This document shows positions 18,915-30,061 of a stretch of DNA of 64,000 bases, in pieces. How positions within the stretch are numbered: position 1 is the stretch's first letter; each line of letters begins with the position of its first letter. Made by a program: the position numbers and the translations under genes. This DNA comes from an uncultured Acidobacteriota bacterium (GTDB taxonomy: Bacteria; Acidobacteriota; Vicinamibacteria; Vicinamibacterales; SCN-69-37), in the NCBI GenBank assembly GCA_963798795.1, contig CAWCUZ010000001.1, positions 1,556,099 through 1,620,098 on the forward strand, read 5' to 3'. The notes beneath the pieces are model-generated. The model was not told the origin of the DNA and did no database searches. It saw nothing but the letters and a program-made list of their open reading frames with translations.

Positions 18915-20474
18915 ATGAGGATCGGTATCCCCAGGGAGATCCACGAGGGAGAGATGCGTGTGGCGACCACCCCCGAGGTCGTCGCCGACCTGCTCAAACT
19001 CGGATTCACGGTCGCCGTCGAGCACGACGCAGGGGCCGGCGGCAGCTTCGACGATGACGCGTACCGGAAGGCGGGCGCCGAGGTGGTGGACGACACCCGG
19101 CAGCTCTGGTCGTCGAGCGACATCGTCATGAAGGTCCGGGCGCCCGAGCCGCACCCGGCGCTCGGCGTCCACGAGGTCGACCTGCTGCACGAGGGCCAGA
19201 CGCTCATCGCGTTCCTCTGGCCCGCGCAGAACCCCGACCTCGTCAAGCGGCTGGCCGAGAAGGGCGTGACGTCGCTGTCGATGGACAGCGTGCCGCGCAT
19301 CTCGCGCGCGCAGAAGATGGACGCCCTCAGCTCGATGGCCAACGTCGCGGGCTACCGCGCCGTCATCGAAGCCGCCGAGCACTTCGGCCGCTTCTTCACC
19401 GGCCAGATCACCGCGGCCGGCCGCATCCCGCCCGCCAAGGTGCTCGTCATCGGCGCCGGCGTCGCCGGGCTCGCGGCCATCGGCGCGGCGCGCAGCCTGG
19501 GCGCCATCGTCCGCGCTTTCGACACGCGGCCTGAGGTGAAGGAGCAGGTCGAGAGCATGGGCGGCGAGTTCCTCGAGCTCGACTTCAAGGAGGAAGGCGC
19601 CGGCGTCGGCGGCTACGCCAAGGTGATGAGCCCCGAGTTCATCAAGGCCGAGATGGCGCTCTTCGCTGCGCAGGCGAAGGACGTGGACATCATCATCACG
19701 ACCGCGCTCATTCCGGGCAAGCCCGCGCCCAAGCTCATCACGGCCGACATGGTCGCGTCGATGAAACCGGGCAGCGTCGTCGTGGACCTGGCCGCCGAGC
19801 AGGGCGGCAACTGCGAGCTGACCGAGCCGGGCCAGCGTGGCGCGCAAGCACGGCGTCACGCTCGTCGGCTACACGGACCTGCCGAGCCGGCTGGCCGCGC
19901 AGTCGAGCCAGCTCTACGCCACCAACCTTCGCCATCTGCTGTCGGACATGTGTTCCAAGAAGGATGGCGTGCTCGTCGTCGACATGACCGACGAGGTCGT
20001 GCGCGGCGCCACCGTGGTCAACGTTCACGAGGTCACGTGGCCGCCGCCTCCGCCGAAGCTCTCGGCGGCGCCGGCGAAGAAGGCACGCCGAGCCGGCCAA
20101 ACCGAAGGCCCCCGCTCCGCCCGCCGAAACGGAGCGCCGCGGGGCCGATCGTGATGGCGCTCGTGGCCGCGCTGGCGCTCGCGGGGATCGGCATGTCGGC
20201 GCCGCCCGAGTTCCTGGCGCACTTCACGGTGTTCGTGCTGGCCGTGTTCGTCGGCTACATGGTGGTCTGGAACGTGACGCCGGCGCTGCACACGCCGCTG
20301 ATGAGCGTCACCAACGCCATCAGCAGCATCATCATCATCGGCGCGCTGGTGCAGATCAGCTCGCCGGTGCCGCTCGTCATGTGGATGGCCGGCATCACGG
20401 TGGCCATCACGAGCGTCAACATCGCCGGCGGATTCGCCGTCACGCAGCGCATGCTGCAGATGTTCCGGAAGTAG
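18915..20474 (+). CDS. pntA: NAD(P) transhydrogenase alpha subunit (two compensating frameshifts at about 19835 and 20090)
   Basis: [54 protein letters not shown]; the [15 protein letters not shown] segment lies in another frame. Confidence 0.95.
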   Translation: MRIGIPREIHEGEMRVATTPEVVADLLKLGFTVAVEHDAGAGGSFDDDAYRKAGAEVVDDTRQLWSSSDIVMKVRAPEPHPALGVHEVDLLHEGQTLIAFLWPAQNPDLVKRLAEKGVTSLSMDSVPRISRAQKMDALSSMANVAGYRAVIEAAEHFGRFFTGQITAAGRIPPAKVLVIGAGVAGLAAIGAARSLGAIVRAFDTRPEVKEQVESMGGEFLELDFKEEGAGVGGYAKVMSPEFIKAEMALFAAQAKDVDIIITTALIPGKPAPKLITADMVASMKPGSVVVDLAAEQGGNCELTEPGQRGAQARRHARRLHGPAEPAGRAVEPALRHQPSPSAVGHVFQEGWRARRRHDRRGRARRHRGQRSRGHVAAASAEALGGAGEEGTPSRPNRRPPLRPPKRSAAGPIVMALVAALALAGIGMSAPPEFLAHFTVFVLAVFVGYMVVWNVTPALHTPLMSVTNAISSIIIIGALVQISSPVPLVMWMAGITVAITSVNIAGGFAVTQRMLQMFRK

Positions 20475-20482
20475 GGGCGGCC

Positions 20483-21886
20483 ATGCCCATGGGTCTCGTC
20501 ACCGTCTCCTACATCACGGCCACCGTCCTGTTCATCCTCGCCCTCGGCGGGCTGAGCAATCCCGAAACCGCACGGCGCGGCAACCTGTTCGGCATCATCG
20601 GCATGCTGCTGGCGCTCGGCGTCACCGTCGCCGGCATCGTGACGCAGCACGACGCCCTGCTCGCCGGCGCACTCGTCGGCGGCGGCAGCATCGGCCTCGT
20701 GCTGGCCAGGCGCGTCCGCATGACGCAGATGCCCGAGCTGGTCGCCATCCTCCACAGCCTCGTCGGGATGGCCGCCGTGCTCGTCGGCTTCGCGAATTTC
20801 CTGGGGATCCACCCGGTCATGACGCCGGCCGAGATGACGATCCACAGCGTCGAGACGTACCTCGGCATCCTCATCGGCGCCGTCACGTTCTCGGGGTCGG
20901 TGATCGCGTTCGGCAAGCTCAGCGGCAGGATCGGCGGCAAGCCGCTCACGCTGCCGGCGCGCCACTGGCTGAATCTCGGCCTGCTGCTCGTCGCCATCTG
21001 GGCCGGCTGGCAGTTCATCGATCAATCGGCGGCCGGTGGCGGGCTCACGCCGCTCCTGATCATGACGACGGTCGCGCTGCTGTTCGGTCTCCACATGGTG
21101 ATGGCGATCGGCGGCGCCGACATGCCGGTCGTCGTGTCGATGCTCAACAGCTATTCCGGGTGGGCGGCGGCCGCGACCGGCTTCATGCTCAACAACGACC
21201 TGCTCATCGTCACCGGCGCGCTGGTCGGGAGCAGCGGCGCGATCCTCAGTTACATCATGTGCCGCGCCATGAACCGCAAGTTCATCGCCGTCATCGCCGG
21301 CGGCTTCGGCGGCGGCGAGGGCCAGCACCCGGCGGCCGGCGGCGCGGCGGCCGACCAGGGCGAGGTCTCACCGATCTCGGCCGAAGAGACGGCTGAACTG
21401 CTCAGGCACGCCAAGGACGTCGTCATCGTGCCCGGCTACGGCATGGCCGTCGCGCAGGCGCAGCATGCCGTCTACGAGATCACGAAGCTCCTGCGCGACA
21501 AGGGCGTGAAGGTGCGGTTCGCCATCCACCCGGTGGCCGGCCGCATGCCGGGCCACATGAACGTGCTGCTCGCCGAGGCCAAGGTCCCGTACGACATCGT
21601 CTTCGAGATGGACGAGATCAACGAGGACTTTCCCGACGTGGACGTGTCGGTGGTCATCGGCGCCAACGACATCGTGAACCCGTCGGCCGAAGACGAGCCC
21701 GACAGCCCCATCGCCGGCATGCCCGTCCTCCAGGTGTGGAAGGGCAAGACGACGATCGTGATGAAGCGGAGCATGGCGACGGGCTACGCGGGCGTGCAGA
21801 ACCCGCTGTTCTTCAAGGAGAACACGCGGATGCTGTTCGGGGACGCGAAGAAGACGCTGGAGGAAGTGCTCAAGAATCTCAGGTGA
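20483..21886 (+). CDS. pntB: NAD(P) transhydrogenase beta subunit
   Basis: [46 protein letters not shown]. Confidence 0.97.
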   Translation: MPMGLVTVSYITATVLFILALGGLSNPETARRGNLFGIIGMLLALGVTVAGIVTQHDALLAGALVGGGSIGLVLARRVRMTQMPELVAILHSLVGMAAVLVGFANFLGIHPVMTPAEMTIHSVETYLGILIGAVTFSGSVIAFGKLSGRIGGKPLTLPARHWLNLGLLLVAIWAGWQFIDQSAAGGGLTPLLIMTTVALLFGLHMVMAIGGADMPVVVSMLNSYSGWAAAATGFMLNNDLLIVTGALVGSSGAILSYIMCRAMNRKFIAVIAGGFGGGEGQHPAAGGAAADQGEVSPISAEETAELLRHAKDVVIVPGYGMAVAQAQHAVYEITKLLRDKGVKVRFAIHPVAGRMPGHMNVLLAEAKVPYDIVFEMDEINEDFPDVDVSVVIGANDIVNPSAEDEPDSPIAGMPVLQVWKGKTTIVMKRSMATGYAGVQNPLFFKENTRMLFGDAKKTLEEVLKNLR

Positions 21887-21890
21887 CGGT

Positions 21891-21944
21891 GGATTTGGGG
21901 ATTTGGGGATTTGGAGATTTGGAGATTTGGAGATTTGGAGGTTT
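21891..21944. repeat. Octamer tandem repeat (GGAGATTT)n
   Basis: About 6 copies right after the pntB stop. Confidence 0.9.
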
Positions 21945-22942
21945 CCAGTTCTGCGTGTTCAACGCTGAAGTGGGGCGTGCTCGGCGTCGCGAAGATCGCG
22001 ACGACCAAGGTCATCCCGGCGATGCAGCGCGGCGCGTCGACGGAAGTCGTCGCCATCGGGTCGCGCGACCTCGCCCGGGCCGAACGGGCGGCGGCGGACC
22101 TCGGGATCATGCGCGCGCACGGCTCCTATGAGGCCGTGATTGCCGATCCGGACGTCGAGGCGGTCTACATCCCGCTGCCGAATCATCTCCATGTCGAGTG
22201 GACGACGCGCGCGGCCGAGGCCGGCAAGCACGTCCTGTGCGAGAAGCCGATCGGATTGAACGAAGCGGACGCGCGGGCGCTCGTGGCCGTGCGCGATCGC
22301 ACGGGCGTGCGCATCCAGGAAGCGTTCATGGTCTGCACGCATCCGCAATGGACGATGGCGCAGGACCTGGCGCGGTCGGGCGCGCTCGGCGATCTTCGCG
22401 CCATGACCGGCGTGTTCAGCTATCACAACGACGACCCGGCGAACATCCGGAACATCGTCGAGTCCGGCGGCGGCGCGCTCTTCGACATCGGCTGCTACTT
22501 CGTCATGACGTCGCGGTTCATCGTCGGCCGCGAGCCCCGGCGCGTCGTGGCCGCCATGGAGCGCGACCCGACGTTCGGCACCGATCGGCTGACCTCGATG
22601 ATCCTCGACTACGGCGACGCGACCTTTGCCGGCACCTGCGCGACGCAGATGGCGCCTTCGCAGCGCATCCAGATCGCCGGCACCATCGGGCGCGTCGAGA
22701 TCGAGCTGCCCTTCAATCCGATCGCCAACGAGCCCGCGTGGGTCGTCCGGGATGGCGAGCGGACCGCGACCCCGCCGTGCGATCAGTACCGCATCCAGGG
22801 CGACCGGTTCGCCGAGGCGCTACGTGACGACCGGCCTCAGCCGTACCCGCTCGAGGAATCGGTGGCCAACATGCGGGTGATTGACGCGCTCGCGCGGTCC
22901 GCCGCGAGCGACGCCTGGGTGGCGCTCCGTCCGGGCAACTGA
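21911..22942 (+). CDS. Gfo/Idh/MocA family oxidoreductase (start uncertain, homology begins near 21960)
   Basis: WGVLGVAKIA, AVYIPLPNHLH, GKHVLCEKP, GGGALFDIGCY. Confidence 0.9.
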   Translation: MEIWRFGDLEVSSSACSTLKWGVLGVAKIATTKVIPAMQRGASTEVVAIGSRDLARAERAAADLGIMRAHGSYEAVIADPDVEAVYIPLPNHLHVEWTTRAAEAGKHVLCEKPIGLNEADARALVAVRDRTGVRIQEAFMVCTHPQWTMAQDLARSGALGDLRAMTGVFSYHNDDPANIRNIVESGGGALFDIGCYFVMTSRFIVGREPRRVVAAMERDPTFGTDRLTSMILDYGDATFAGTCATQMAPSQRIQIAGTIGRVEIELPFNPIANEPAWVVRDGERTATPPCDQYRIQGDRFAEALRDDRPQPYPLEESVANMRVIDALARSAASDAWVALRPGN

Positions 22943-22953
22943 CAGGCCCGCGC

Positions 22954-23646
22954 TCATGGCACCGTGGGCCTCTCGGCAAAGGCAGCACCGTGATCGGCAA
23001 CCCATTGGCGAAACGTCCGAGGCGGCGATCCGGTGATGTCCGCCACGGTGGAGGTGACCAGCGCCGGCTGCCCTATCGTGGCTCCCCATGCGGCCAGGAG
23101 CATGTCCACGACCGGACGCGGCCAGATCCCCGCGGTCTCGCGCCGGAACTCTTCCGGCGACAGCTCCTCGAACCGGATCCGACGTCCAATCGCGGCGCCG
23201 ATGATGCTCACCTGCTCGGCTTGACTCAGTGACTCCGGGCCCGTGAGGACGTAGTCACCGCCCGCATGCCCGTCCTCGAGAAGTGCGCGCGCCGCCACCG
23301 CCGCGATGTCGCGCTCGTCGATGGGCGCCGTCTCCGCCGCGCCATAGGGCCACCGGACGACGTCGCCGTCACGGATCGCGGATCCCCACCAGAACTGCGC
23401 GTTCGACGCGAAGATCCCGGGCCGGATGAACGTCGACTGGAGTCCGGCAGCCGCCATCAAGCCCTCCATGTCGGCGTGGAAGCGAGCCATGGGGTTCGGC
23501 TGCCGGAAGAACGGGTGTGGTGTCCGATGCGGCGAAGAAAGAAAGGCGACGCGCCGCGGGTGGGCCGCCAGACGGTCGACGACGGCCGGCGCGGTGCCCG
23601 GCGGCGCGGTCCAGAGCAGGAAAACGGCCGCTACGCCCTGCAGCGG
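22954..23646 (-). pseudogene. NmrA-like NAD(P)H-binding protein, 5'-truncated
   Basis: GVAAVFLLW, FIRPGIFASN, APIDERDIAAVAA, LTGPESLS; N-terminal GxxG region absent and an in-frame TGA lies upstream. Confidence 0.7.
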
Positions 23647-23715
23647 TCACCGAAATACATCTTGATGACGATTAATATTAACACCCTGGATGGTGCGTGT
23701 CCGTCGATGTTGTGC

Positions 23716-23779
23716 GTCCAACACTCCGGCTCAGCGGCGGGCCGCGCAGCGGCCAGGCCGCTGCAACCGGTTGTTAGAC
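23716..23779 (-). mobile_element. Integron attC site 4
   Basis: Minus strand GTCTAAC...internal palindrome...GTTGGAC (RYYYAAC/GTTRRRY). Confidence 0.8.
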
Positions 23780-23840
23780 CGCAGCTGGACCTAGCGAAAG
23801 CCAAGCGTCAGCGGCCATTAGTTTCCAGGGCGTCGCGAGA

Positions 23841-24371
<531 letters not shown>

Positions 24372-24409
24372 GTCTCTTCCTCTTCTTGAGCGCCGGACGT
24401 GTTTCCTGC

Positions 24410-24484
24410 GGTCAACGTCCGCGCGTCAGCCACGGCGGCTCAGAATGGCACCAGCCCGCCGTCGGCTGCAAGCGCTTGTTGGGC
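24410..24484 (-). mobile_element. Integron attC site 3
   Basis: Minus strand GCCCAAC aagcgcttgcagccgacggcgg...ccgccgtggctgacgcgcggac GTTGACC. Confidence 0.75.
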
Positions 24485-24511
24485 GGCGAATCCGAGCGTA
24501 AGATCGAACGC

Positions 24512-24745
24512 ATGATCAAGCCCGCCGAAGCCGTTCTGGCCGACGCCTTGCGTCGGGATCTCGACGCCCGCGCCGAGGTTGCCGTCGAACTCCTGGCGAG
24601 CCTGGATGGGACCGACCCGGATGCTGAAGCTGCCTGGGCAATCGAGATTGAGCGGCGCGTCGCCGCGATCGAAGCTGGAACCGCCAGGCTCGAGCCCTGG
24701 GACGACGTGAAGCGCCGGATTGAAAAAGAGGTTTTCGGTCGGTGA
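24512..24745 (+). CDS. Addiction module antitoxin component (cassette, inverted orientation)
   Basis: RAEVAVELLASLD...AEAAWAIEIERRVAAIEAG...PWDDV. Confidence 0.8.
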   Translation: MIKPAEAVLADALRRDLDARAEVAVELLASLDGTDPDAEAAWAIEIERRVAAIEAGTARLEPWDDVKRRIEKEVFGR

Positions 24746-24813
24746 CCCTGGCCGTCCGTGCAGGCGAACCAGCCTCTGACGAATTCCGTGAGGCGGTCCG
24801 TTCGTACGAGGCT
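24742..24813 (+). pseudogene. RelE/ParE toxin N-terminal remnant
   Basis: GTGA overlap; VTLAVRAGEPASDEFREAVRSYEA then runs into attC2. Confidence 0.6.
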
Positions 24814-24885
24814 AACGCTAGCCGTCAGCCGCGGCGGCGCTCATCGTTACACGCGCCGCCGTAGGCTGCACCGCAAGTTCTAGGC
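24810..24885 (-). mobile_element. Integron attC site 2 (degenerate R'')
   Basis: Minus strand GCCTAGAAC...gcagcctacggcggcgc...gcgccgccgcggctgac...GTTAGCC. Confidence 0.65.
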
Positions 24886-24895
24886 GGTGCTTCGA

Positions 24896-25348
24896 CTAGC
24901 AGACGATCAGCGACGAGACCTTGCCCACCCAGCCCGCTGGGGTCTTCGTGACGTCAATCAGAAGCGTGGTACCGCAGGCCAGCAGTACCAATCCATCCCG
25001 CGGCGCGGGAATCGGCCCCATCGTGCCGGTGACTGTGGCGCTGTCGTCGTGAAATCGAATGGACTTGAGCAGAAAGTAGCCAGCGGGAAGGTCATACGTC
25101 GCAGTCCTCGGCACCTGCTTCGATGGGATTGCACGGAGTTCGCGCGTGAGGACCGCAGCGGTAGCCTCATCAATGGTCGGGTCAATGACGAACACCTCGA
25201 CCTTGCCGACGTGGAACTCGATTCGCTCTCGCGCGGCTGCAACGACCGCCAGGAGGCGCGCTTCGCCTGAAGGCAGTGTTGCCTGTCGCACGTGAGTGGC
25301 CGTACCCGCAATGGCCAGCCCGACGAAGAGGGCGATCTTCAGAATCAT
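24896..25348 (-). CDS. Secreted hypothetical protein (gene cassette)
   Basis: ATG about 16 nt after the attC1 core; signal MILKIALFVGLAIAGTA. Confidence 0.65.
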   Translation of the reverse strand: MILKIALFVGLAIAGTATHVRQATLPSGEARLLAVVAAARERIEFHVGKVEVFVIDPTIDEATAAVLTRELRAIPSKQVPRTATYDLPAGYFLLKSIRFHDDSATVTGTMGPIPAPRDGLVLLACGTTLLIDVTKTPAGWVGKVSSLIVC

Positions 25349-25357
25349 TCTTGACCC

Positions 25358-25470
25358 GCGTAACGCCGCGGCGCTCTGCTGCGGCGTGTCTATCATAATC
25401 GCGGCCGGCGAGCGCAGCGAGCCGGCCGCCTCCCTGACCCCACGCCGTCGGCAGCAGCGCCTCGTTAGCC
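25358..25470 (-). mobile_element. Integron attC site 1
   Basis: Minus strand GGCTAAC (contains the upstream gene's TAA)...long palindrome...GTTACGC. Confidence 0.75.
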
Positions 25471-25653
25471 AGCGCTGCCGTGAGACCTACGAATCCAGAT
25501 ACCCGACACCAATCCAACCAGGAACCCAATCATCATGATCCAACTCATCAAGTCACGCTGTCCACCCATTAGCTGAAACGCAGCGGCCAGCACGCCAATA
25601 ACATTGCTACCAAGCCACACATTGAGCGCTACGACCTGAGCGTCTGGTTTCAT
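25465..25653 (-). CDS. Small two-TM membrane protein (first cassette)
   Basis: 62 aa, GGAGG RBS, two hydrophobic stretches. Confidence 0.6.
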   Translation of the reverse strand: MKPDAQVVALNVWLGSNVIGVLAAAFQLMGGQRDLMSWIMMIGFLVGLVSGIWIRRSHGSAG

Positions 25654-25678
25654 TGTATGCCTCCGTGCTACGTCGTCT

Positions 25679-25710
25679 GGCTAACGACAATTGAACGACA
25701 ATTAGGCTGA
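25679..25710 (-). mobile_element. Putative attI site
   Basis: Minus strand CAGCCTAATTGTCGTTCAATTGTC-GTTAGCCAG; GTTAGCCAG is the exact complement of cassette 1 R'' CTGGCTAAC; no attC hairpin upstream. Confidence 0.55.
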
Positions 25711-25970
25711 CCTCAATAGTCCGGTGGGTTCGGCAGGCCCGCAGTGTAGCACCGGCCTTTCGTCACGATTCTTTGCAAAGTCCATGGGATCGGCGAAATA
25801 GGCCGACCGGCGTATTCCGATATGCCGGACGGGCCGCCGCGGTCTAAATTCGAGAGGTGTGCCCCGCACGACCAGCCCTGCCGGCCTTGGCGCGAGGCCT
25901 GGTGCCAAAGGCCTGGTGTCCATCTCCAAGCGCAGTGACACGACCGAGCCCCCGCGCGATCGAACCGTCG

Positions 25971-26016
25971 CACCCTCGGACCTTCGGACCTCGTACCTTC
26001 GGACCCTCGCACCCTC
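25971..26016. repeat. Degenerate octamer repeat (ACCTTCGG-like)
   Basis: caccctcggaccttcggacctcgtaccttcggaccctcgcaccc directly after the permease stop. Confidence 0.6.
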
Positions 26017-28434
26017 CTACTCACCCCTGAGCGCCACCACCGGATCGACCCTCGTCGCCCGCAACGCGGGGACGACGCTCGCGAGAAACGCGGTCAGCAG
26101 CAGGAACGTCGCGACGCTCGAGAACGTCAGCGGATCGAACGGACTGACGCCGTAGAGCAGCGACTGGGCCGCGGGCATCGCGACGGCCGAGAGGACCAGA
26201 CCGATGGCAACGCCGATGCCGGCGAGCACGAAGCCGGACACCACGATGAGACGCAGCACCTGGCGGCGGCCGGCGCCGAGCGCCATCCGCACGCCGATCT
26301 CCTGCGTCCGCTGCGACACCGAGTACGACAGCACGCCGTACACCCCGAGCGCCGCCAGCAGCAGGCCCACGATGCCGGTCGTGCCGAAGACCCAGCCGAA
26401 CAGTCCATACTGCCAGTAGCCGAGCCGGCGCAGGTCGTTCATCGTACTGACCTGGAACATGGGCAGGTTCGGATCCGACGCCTTCAGCGCTGCCCGGACG
26501 GCTGGCGTGACCGACGCCGGATCGCCCGTCACGCGAATCGTCAGGCCGGTGTTCAGCGTCTGCTGATAGGCGTAGGGCACGAACGCCATCGGCGACGCCT
26601 GCTCGTCCGACGGATCGACGCCGTACAGCCGCGCGTCGGCGGACTCGCCAATGACCGTGAACCAGTCGGACGTCTCCTGCGCGGCGGAGGCCATGCGGAA
26701 CCGGTGTCCGATCGGATTGCCGTCGCCCCAGAAGCGCTTCGCCATCGCGCGGTTGACGATGGCCACCGGCTGGTGCTGAAAGCCCTCAGACCGCCGGAAG
26801 TCGCGCCCGCGCAGCAGTGAAATCCCCACCGTCTTGAAGAAACCCGGCGTGACGCCGATGAAGTTGATCTGCGCGCGCTCACCGGTCTGTACCGGCTGCC
26901 CTTCGATGACGACCGGACCGCTGCCTCCGCCGCCGCTGAGCGGCACGTGATTCGACGCGAACGCCGCCTCCACGCCTGGAATGGCTTCGACGCGCTCGAT
27001 GATGTCCTGCACGCGCTGGAGCCGGGCGTCGGCCGGCGCGTACGGCTCGCCCGACATCGTGAAGCGCATCGTCATGAGCGGCGCCGCCTGGAATCCAAGG
27101 TCGTACGTGTCCATGTTGGAGAACGTGCGTACGAACAGGAGCGCGCCCACCAGCGCCACGAGCGCGAGCGAGACCTGCGCCACGACCAGGCCGCTCCGCA
27201 CGAGCGACCGCCGCGCGCTGTTGCCGCGCGTGCCCTCCTTGAGGGTCTCGTGCAGGTTGCCGCGCGTCGACTGGAGCGCCGGGAACAACCCGAAGAGCAC
27301 GGCCGTCGTGAACGCCACGCCGATGGCGTACAGGAGCGACCGCCAGTCCACGCCGAAGTGGATGTAGTAGGGCACCTGGTCGGCAGGAAAATCGGCCGCG
27401 ATGAGGCCCGTCCCTGTCGCGGCCAGCACGGCGCCGACGGGCACGCTCACCAGCGAGAGGACGACGCTCTCGGTGATGAACTGCCGGACGATCCGCGCGC
27501 GGCCGGCACCCAGCGCGGCGCGCACGGAGATCTCGCGCTTGCGGGTCGCGGCGCGGGCGAGCAGCAGGTTGGCGACGTTCGAGCACGCAATGAACAGCAC
27601 CAGCGTAGTGCCCGCCATCATCAGCCAGATCACGAGCGTGACGTCGGGCGGAATGAACGTCTCGCGCAGCGTGCGGATGCGCGCGCCCCAATCACGGTTC
27701 GTGTCGGGATACCGCGTCGCGAGCTGCGACGCCAGGGCCGCCAGCTCCGCGAGGGCCTGGTCGCGCGTCACGCCGGGCGCGAGCCGCGCGAACGTGAACA
27801 GCCCGCGCGCGTTGCGCGGGTTGTTCACCACTTCCGGCACGAGCGGCAGCCAGATCTTCTCGTTCTCCGGAAACTCGAATTCCGGCGGCATGATGCCGAC
27901 GATGACGGTCGGCGCCGCGTTGATCAGGACGCGCCGGCCGATCACGCCCTCGTCGCGCTGATACCGCGTCGTCCAGACCGCGTAGCTCAGCAGCGCCACC
28001 GCCGGCGCGCCCGGCTTGTCGTCGTCGGCCGTGAACGCCCGGCCGCGGATGGGCGACTCGCCGAGCATCGCAAACAGGTCCCAGGAAATCAGCGCGCCCA
28101 GGTACCGCTCCGGCTCGCCGGCGCCGTCCGAAATCGTGAGACTGCGGTTCGTGCTGGCCGCGATCGTCGAGAACCCCCGCGTCGCCTCCTTCCAGTCGCG
28201 CAGGTCGAGGTAGGACAGCCCCGCCCGATCGATCCCCGCCTTCAGGTTCGTCTCGTTCAGGACGACGATGCGGTCGGGTTCGGGATAGGGATACGGCTTC
28301 AGCAGGACGCCATCCACGATGCTGAAGATGGTCGTGTTCAGCCCGATGCCGAAACCCAGGCAGAGGATGGCAACGAGGGCGAAGCCCTTGCTCAGCCAGA
28401 GGTTGCGGATCGCGTAGCGGAGGTCTGCGAGCAT
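26017..28434 (-). CDS. Duplicated ABC permease (ADOP type)
   Basis: DLRYAIR, GIGLNTTIFS, IACSNVANLLL, QRTQEIGVRMALGA, RVDPVVALRGE. Confidence 0.93.
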   Translation of the reverse strand: MLADLRYAIRNLWLSKGFALVAILCLGFGIGLNTTIFSIVDGVLLKPYPYPEPDRIVVLNETNLKAGIDRAGLSYLDLRDWKEATRGFSTIAASTNRSLTISDGAGEPERYLGALISWDLFAMLGESPIRGRAFTADDDKPGAPAVALLSYAVWTTRYQRDEGVIGRRVLINAAPTVIVGIMPPEFEFPENEKIWLPLVPEVVNNPRNARGLFTFARLAPGVTRDQALAELAALASQLATRYPDTNRDWGARIRTLRETFIPPDVTLVIWLMMAGTTLVLFIACSNVANLLLARAATRKREISVRAALGAGRARIVRQFITESVVLSLVSVPVGAVLAATGTGLIAADFPADQVPYYIHFGVDWRSLLYAIGVAFTTAVLFGLFPALQSTRGNLHETLKEGTRGNSARRSLVRSGLVVAQVSLALVALVGALLFVRTFSNMDTYDLGFQAAPLMTMRFTMSGEPYAPADARLQRVQDIIERVEAIPGVEAAFASNHVPLSGGGGSGPVVIEGQPVQTGERAQINFIGVTPGFFKTVGISLLRGRDFRRSEGFQHQPVAIVNRAMAKRFWGDGNPIGHRFRMASAAQETSDWFTVIGESADARLYGVDPSDEQASPMAFVPYAYQQTLNTGLTIRVTGDPASVTPAVRAALKASDPNLPMFQVSTMNDLRRLGYWQYGLFGWVFGTTGIVGLLLAALGVYGVLSYSVSQRTQEIGVRMALGAGRRQVLRLIVVSGFVLAGIGVAIGLVLSAVAMPAAQSLLYGVSPFDPLTFSSVATFLLLTAFLASVVPALRATRVDPVVALRGE

Positions 28435-28455
28435 GTTGGGCTTCTCTCACAATGG

Positions 28456-28765
28456 AGCGCCGGACCTCCAGGTCCGGCGACGCCCCCGGGGCTGAAGCCC
28501 CGGGGCTCCATCACGGACCATTCACGCACGTAGCGCCGGACCTCCAGGTCCGGCGACGCCCCCGGGGCTGAAGCCCCGGGGCTCCATCACGGACCATTCA
28601 CGCACGTAGCGCCGGACCTCCAGGTCCGGCGGTGTCCCCGGGGCTGAAGCCCCGGGGCTCCATCACGGACCATTCACGCACGTAGCGCCGGACCTTCAGG
28701 TCCGGCGACGCCCCCGGGGCTGAAGCCCCGGGGCTCCATCACTCGCTACGTCCCCGGGGCTCCAT
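28456..28765. repeat. Tandem REP-doublet (BIME/REPIN-like) array, 76-bp period x4
   Basis: Units start at 28456, 28532, 28608 and 28684: GTAG + CGCCGGACCT-cc-AGGTCCGGCG hairpin, then CCCCGGGGC-tgaa-GCCCCGGGG + CTCC. Confidence 0.9.
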
Positions 28766-28777
28766 CATTCGCGACCA

Positions 28778-30061
28778 TCAGAGTTCGCCCTCCGCCGCGG
28801 CGAGCGCCAGGTCCTTCTCCGACGCTTCCTTGAACTCGCCTTCCCACTTCGAGACGACAACCGACGCCAGGCAGTTCCCGACGACGTTCGTCATCGTGCG
28901 GCCCATGTCCATGACGGCGTCGACGCCGAGGATGAGCGTGACGCCTTCGAGCGGCAGGTTGTAGCTGGCGAGCGTGGCGGCCAGGATGACGAGGGCGGCG
29001 CGCGGCACGCCGGCCACGCCCTTGCTGGTGAGCATCAACGTGATCATCATCGTGATCTGCTGGCCGATCGACAGGTGCACGCCGGCCGCCTGCGCGACGA
29101 AGATGGCCGCGAGCGACAGATACAGCGTCGTCCCGTCGAGGTTGAACGTGTACCCGAGCGGCAGCACGAACGCGACGATGCGGCGCGGGCAGCCGAGCCG
29201 CTCCATCACCTCCATCGCGCGCGGCAGCGCGGCCTCGCTCGACGTCGTGGAGAACGCGATGACGGCCGGCTCGCGTACCGCCAGCACGAACTTGCGCAGC
29301 GGTACCTTGAACAGCAGCGCCACCGGCACGAGCACGCCGACGAAGAACACCGCCAGCGCCAGGTACAGGGTGCCAATCAGCATGGCCAGGTTGCGCAGCA
29401 CCTGCCAGCCACCGGCGCCGACGGTATACGCAATCGCGGCGCCCACGCCGATGGGCGCGTACTTCATGATGATGCCGGTGAACTTGAACATCACCTCGGA
29501 GACGACCTCGCACCACTGGATCACCGGCTTGCCCTTCGGGCCGAGCATGCCGAGCGCAATCGCGAAGATGATGCTGAAGACGACGATCTGCAGGACGTCG
29601 CCGCGCGCCATCGCGTCGATCACCGACGTCGGCACGGCGTGCAGCAGGATCTGGTCCCACGTCTGCACGGTCCCGCCAAGATTCGACGCCGCCGTCGGCA
29701 GCGCCACGCCCGCCCCAGGCCGGATGATGTTGACGGCCAGCAGCCCGATGACCAGCGCGACCGTCGTGACCGCCTCGAAATAGAGGATGGCGCGCAGGCC
29801 CATGCGGCCCACGTCGCGGAAATGCCCCGCGCCGGCGACGCCCGCCACCAGGGTCGCAAAGATCAGCGGCGCGATGATCATCTTGATCAGGTTCAGGAAC
29901 AGCGTGCTGAACGGCTTGACGTAGCCCGCCCACCGCGCCGCCGTCGCCGGATCCTGGTTGTTGATGAGGATGCCCGCGAGCACGCCCACGGCGAGCCCGA
30001 GGAAGATCTGCTGGGTCAGCGACAGCCCTCGCCGGGCTTTGGCGCGCGGTTTCGTCGTCAT
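28778..30061 (-). CDS. Dicarboxylate/amino acid:cation symporter (GltP/DctA family)
   Basis: FLNLIKMIIAPLIF, AFSTTSSEAALP, LPLGYTFNLDGT, SKGVAGVP, DMGRT. Confidence 0.93.
   Translation of the reverse strand: MTTKPRAKARRGLSLTQQIFLGLAVGVLAGILINNQDPATAARWAGYVKPFSTLFLNLIKMIIAPLIFATLVAGVAGAGHFRDVGRMGLRAILYFEAVTTVALVIGLLAVNIIRPGAGVALPTAASNLGGTVQTWDQILLHAVPTSVIDAMARGDVLQIVVFSIIFAIALGMLGPKGKPVIQWCEVVSEVMFKFTGIIMKYAPIGVGAAIAYTVGAGGWQVLRNLAMLIGTLYLALAVFFVGVLVPVALLFKVPLRKFVLAVREPAVIAFSTTSSEAALPRAMEVMERLGCPRRIVAFVLPLGYTFNLDGTTLYLSLAAIFVAQAAGVHLSIGQQITMMITLMLTSKGVAGVPRAALVILAATLASYNLPLEGVTLILGVDAVMDMGRTMTNVVGNCLASVVVSKWEGEFKEASEKDLALAAAEGEL

Noticed and set aside
25710-25960. Remnant of intI next to attI
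   Set aside because: AGLVVRGTPLEF only vaguely resembles the IntI C-terminus; no catalytic box motifs
28456-28765. CRISPR array
   Set aside because: The inter-hairpin segments are identical rather than unique spacers, no cas genes are present, and the GTAG-hairpin structure fits REP elements
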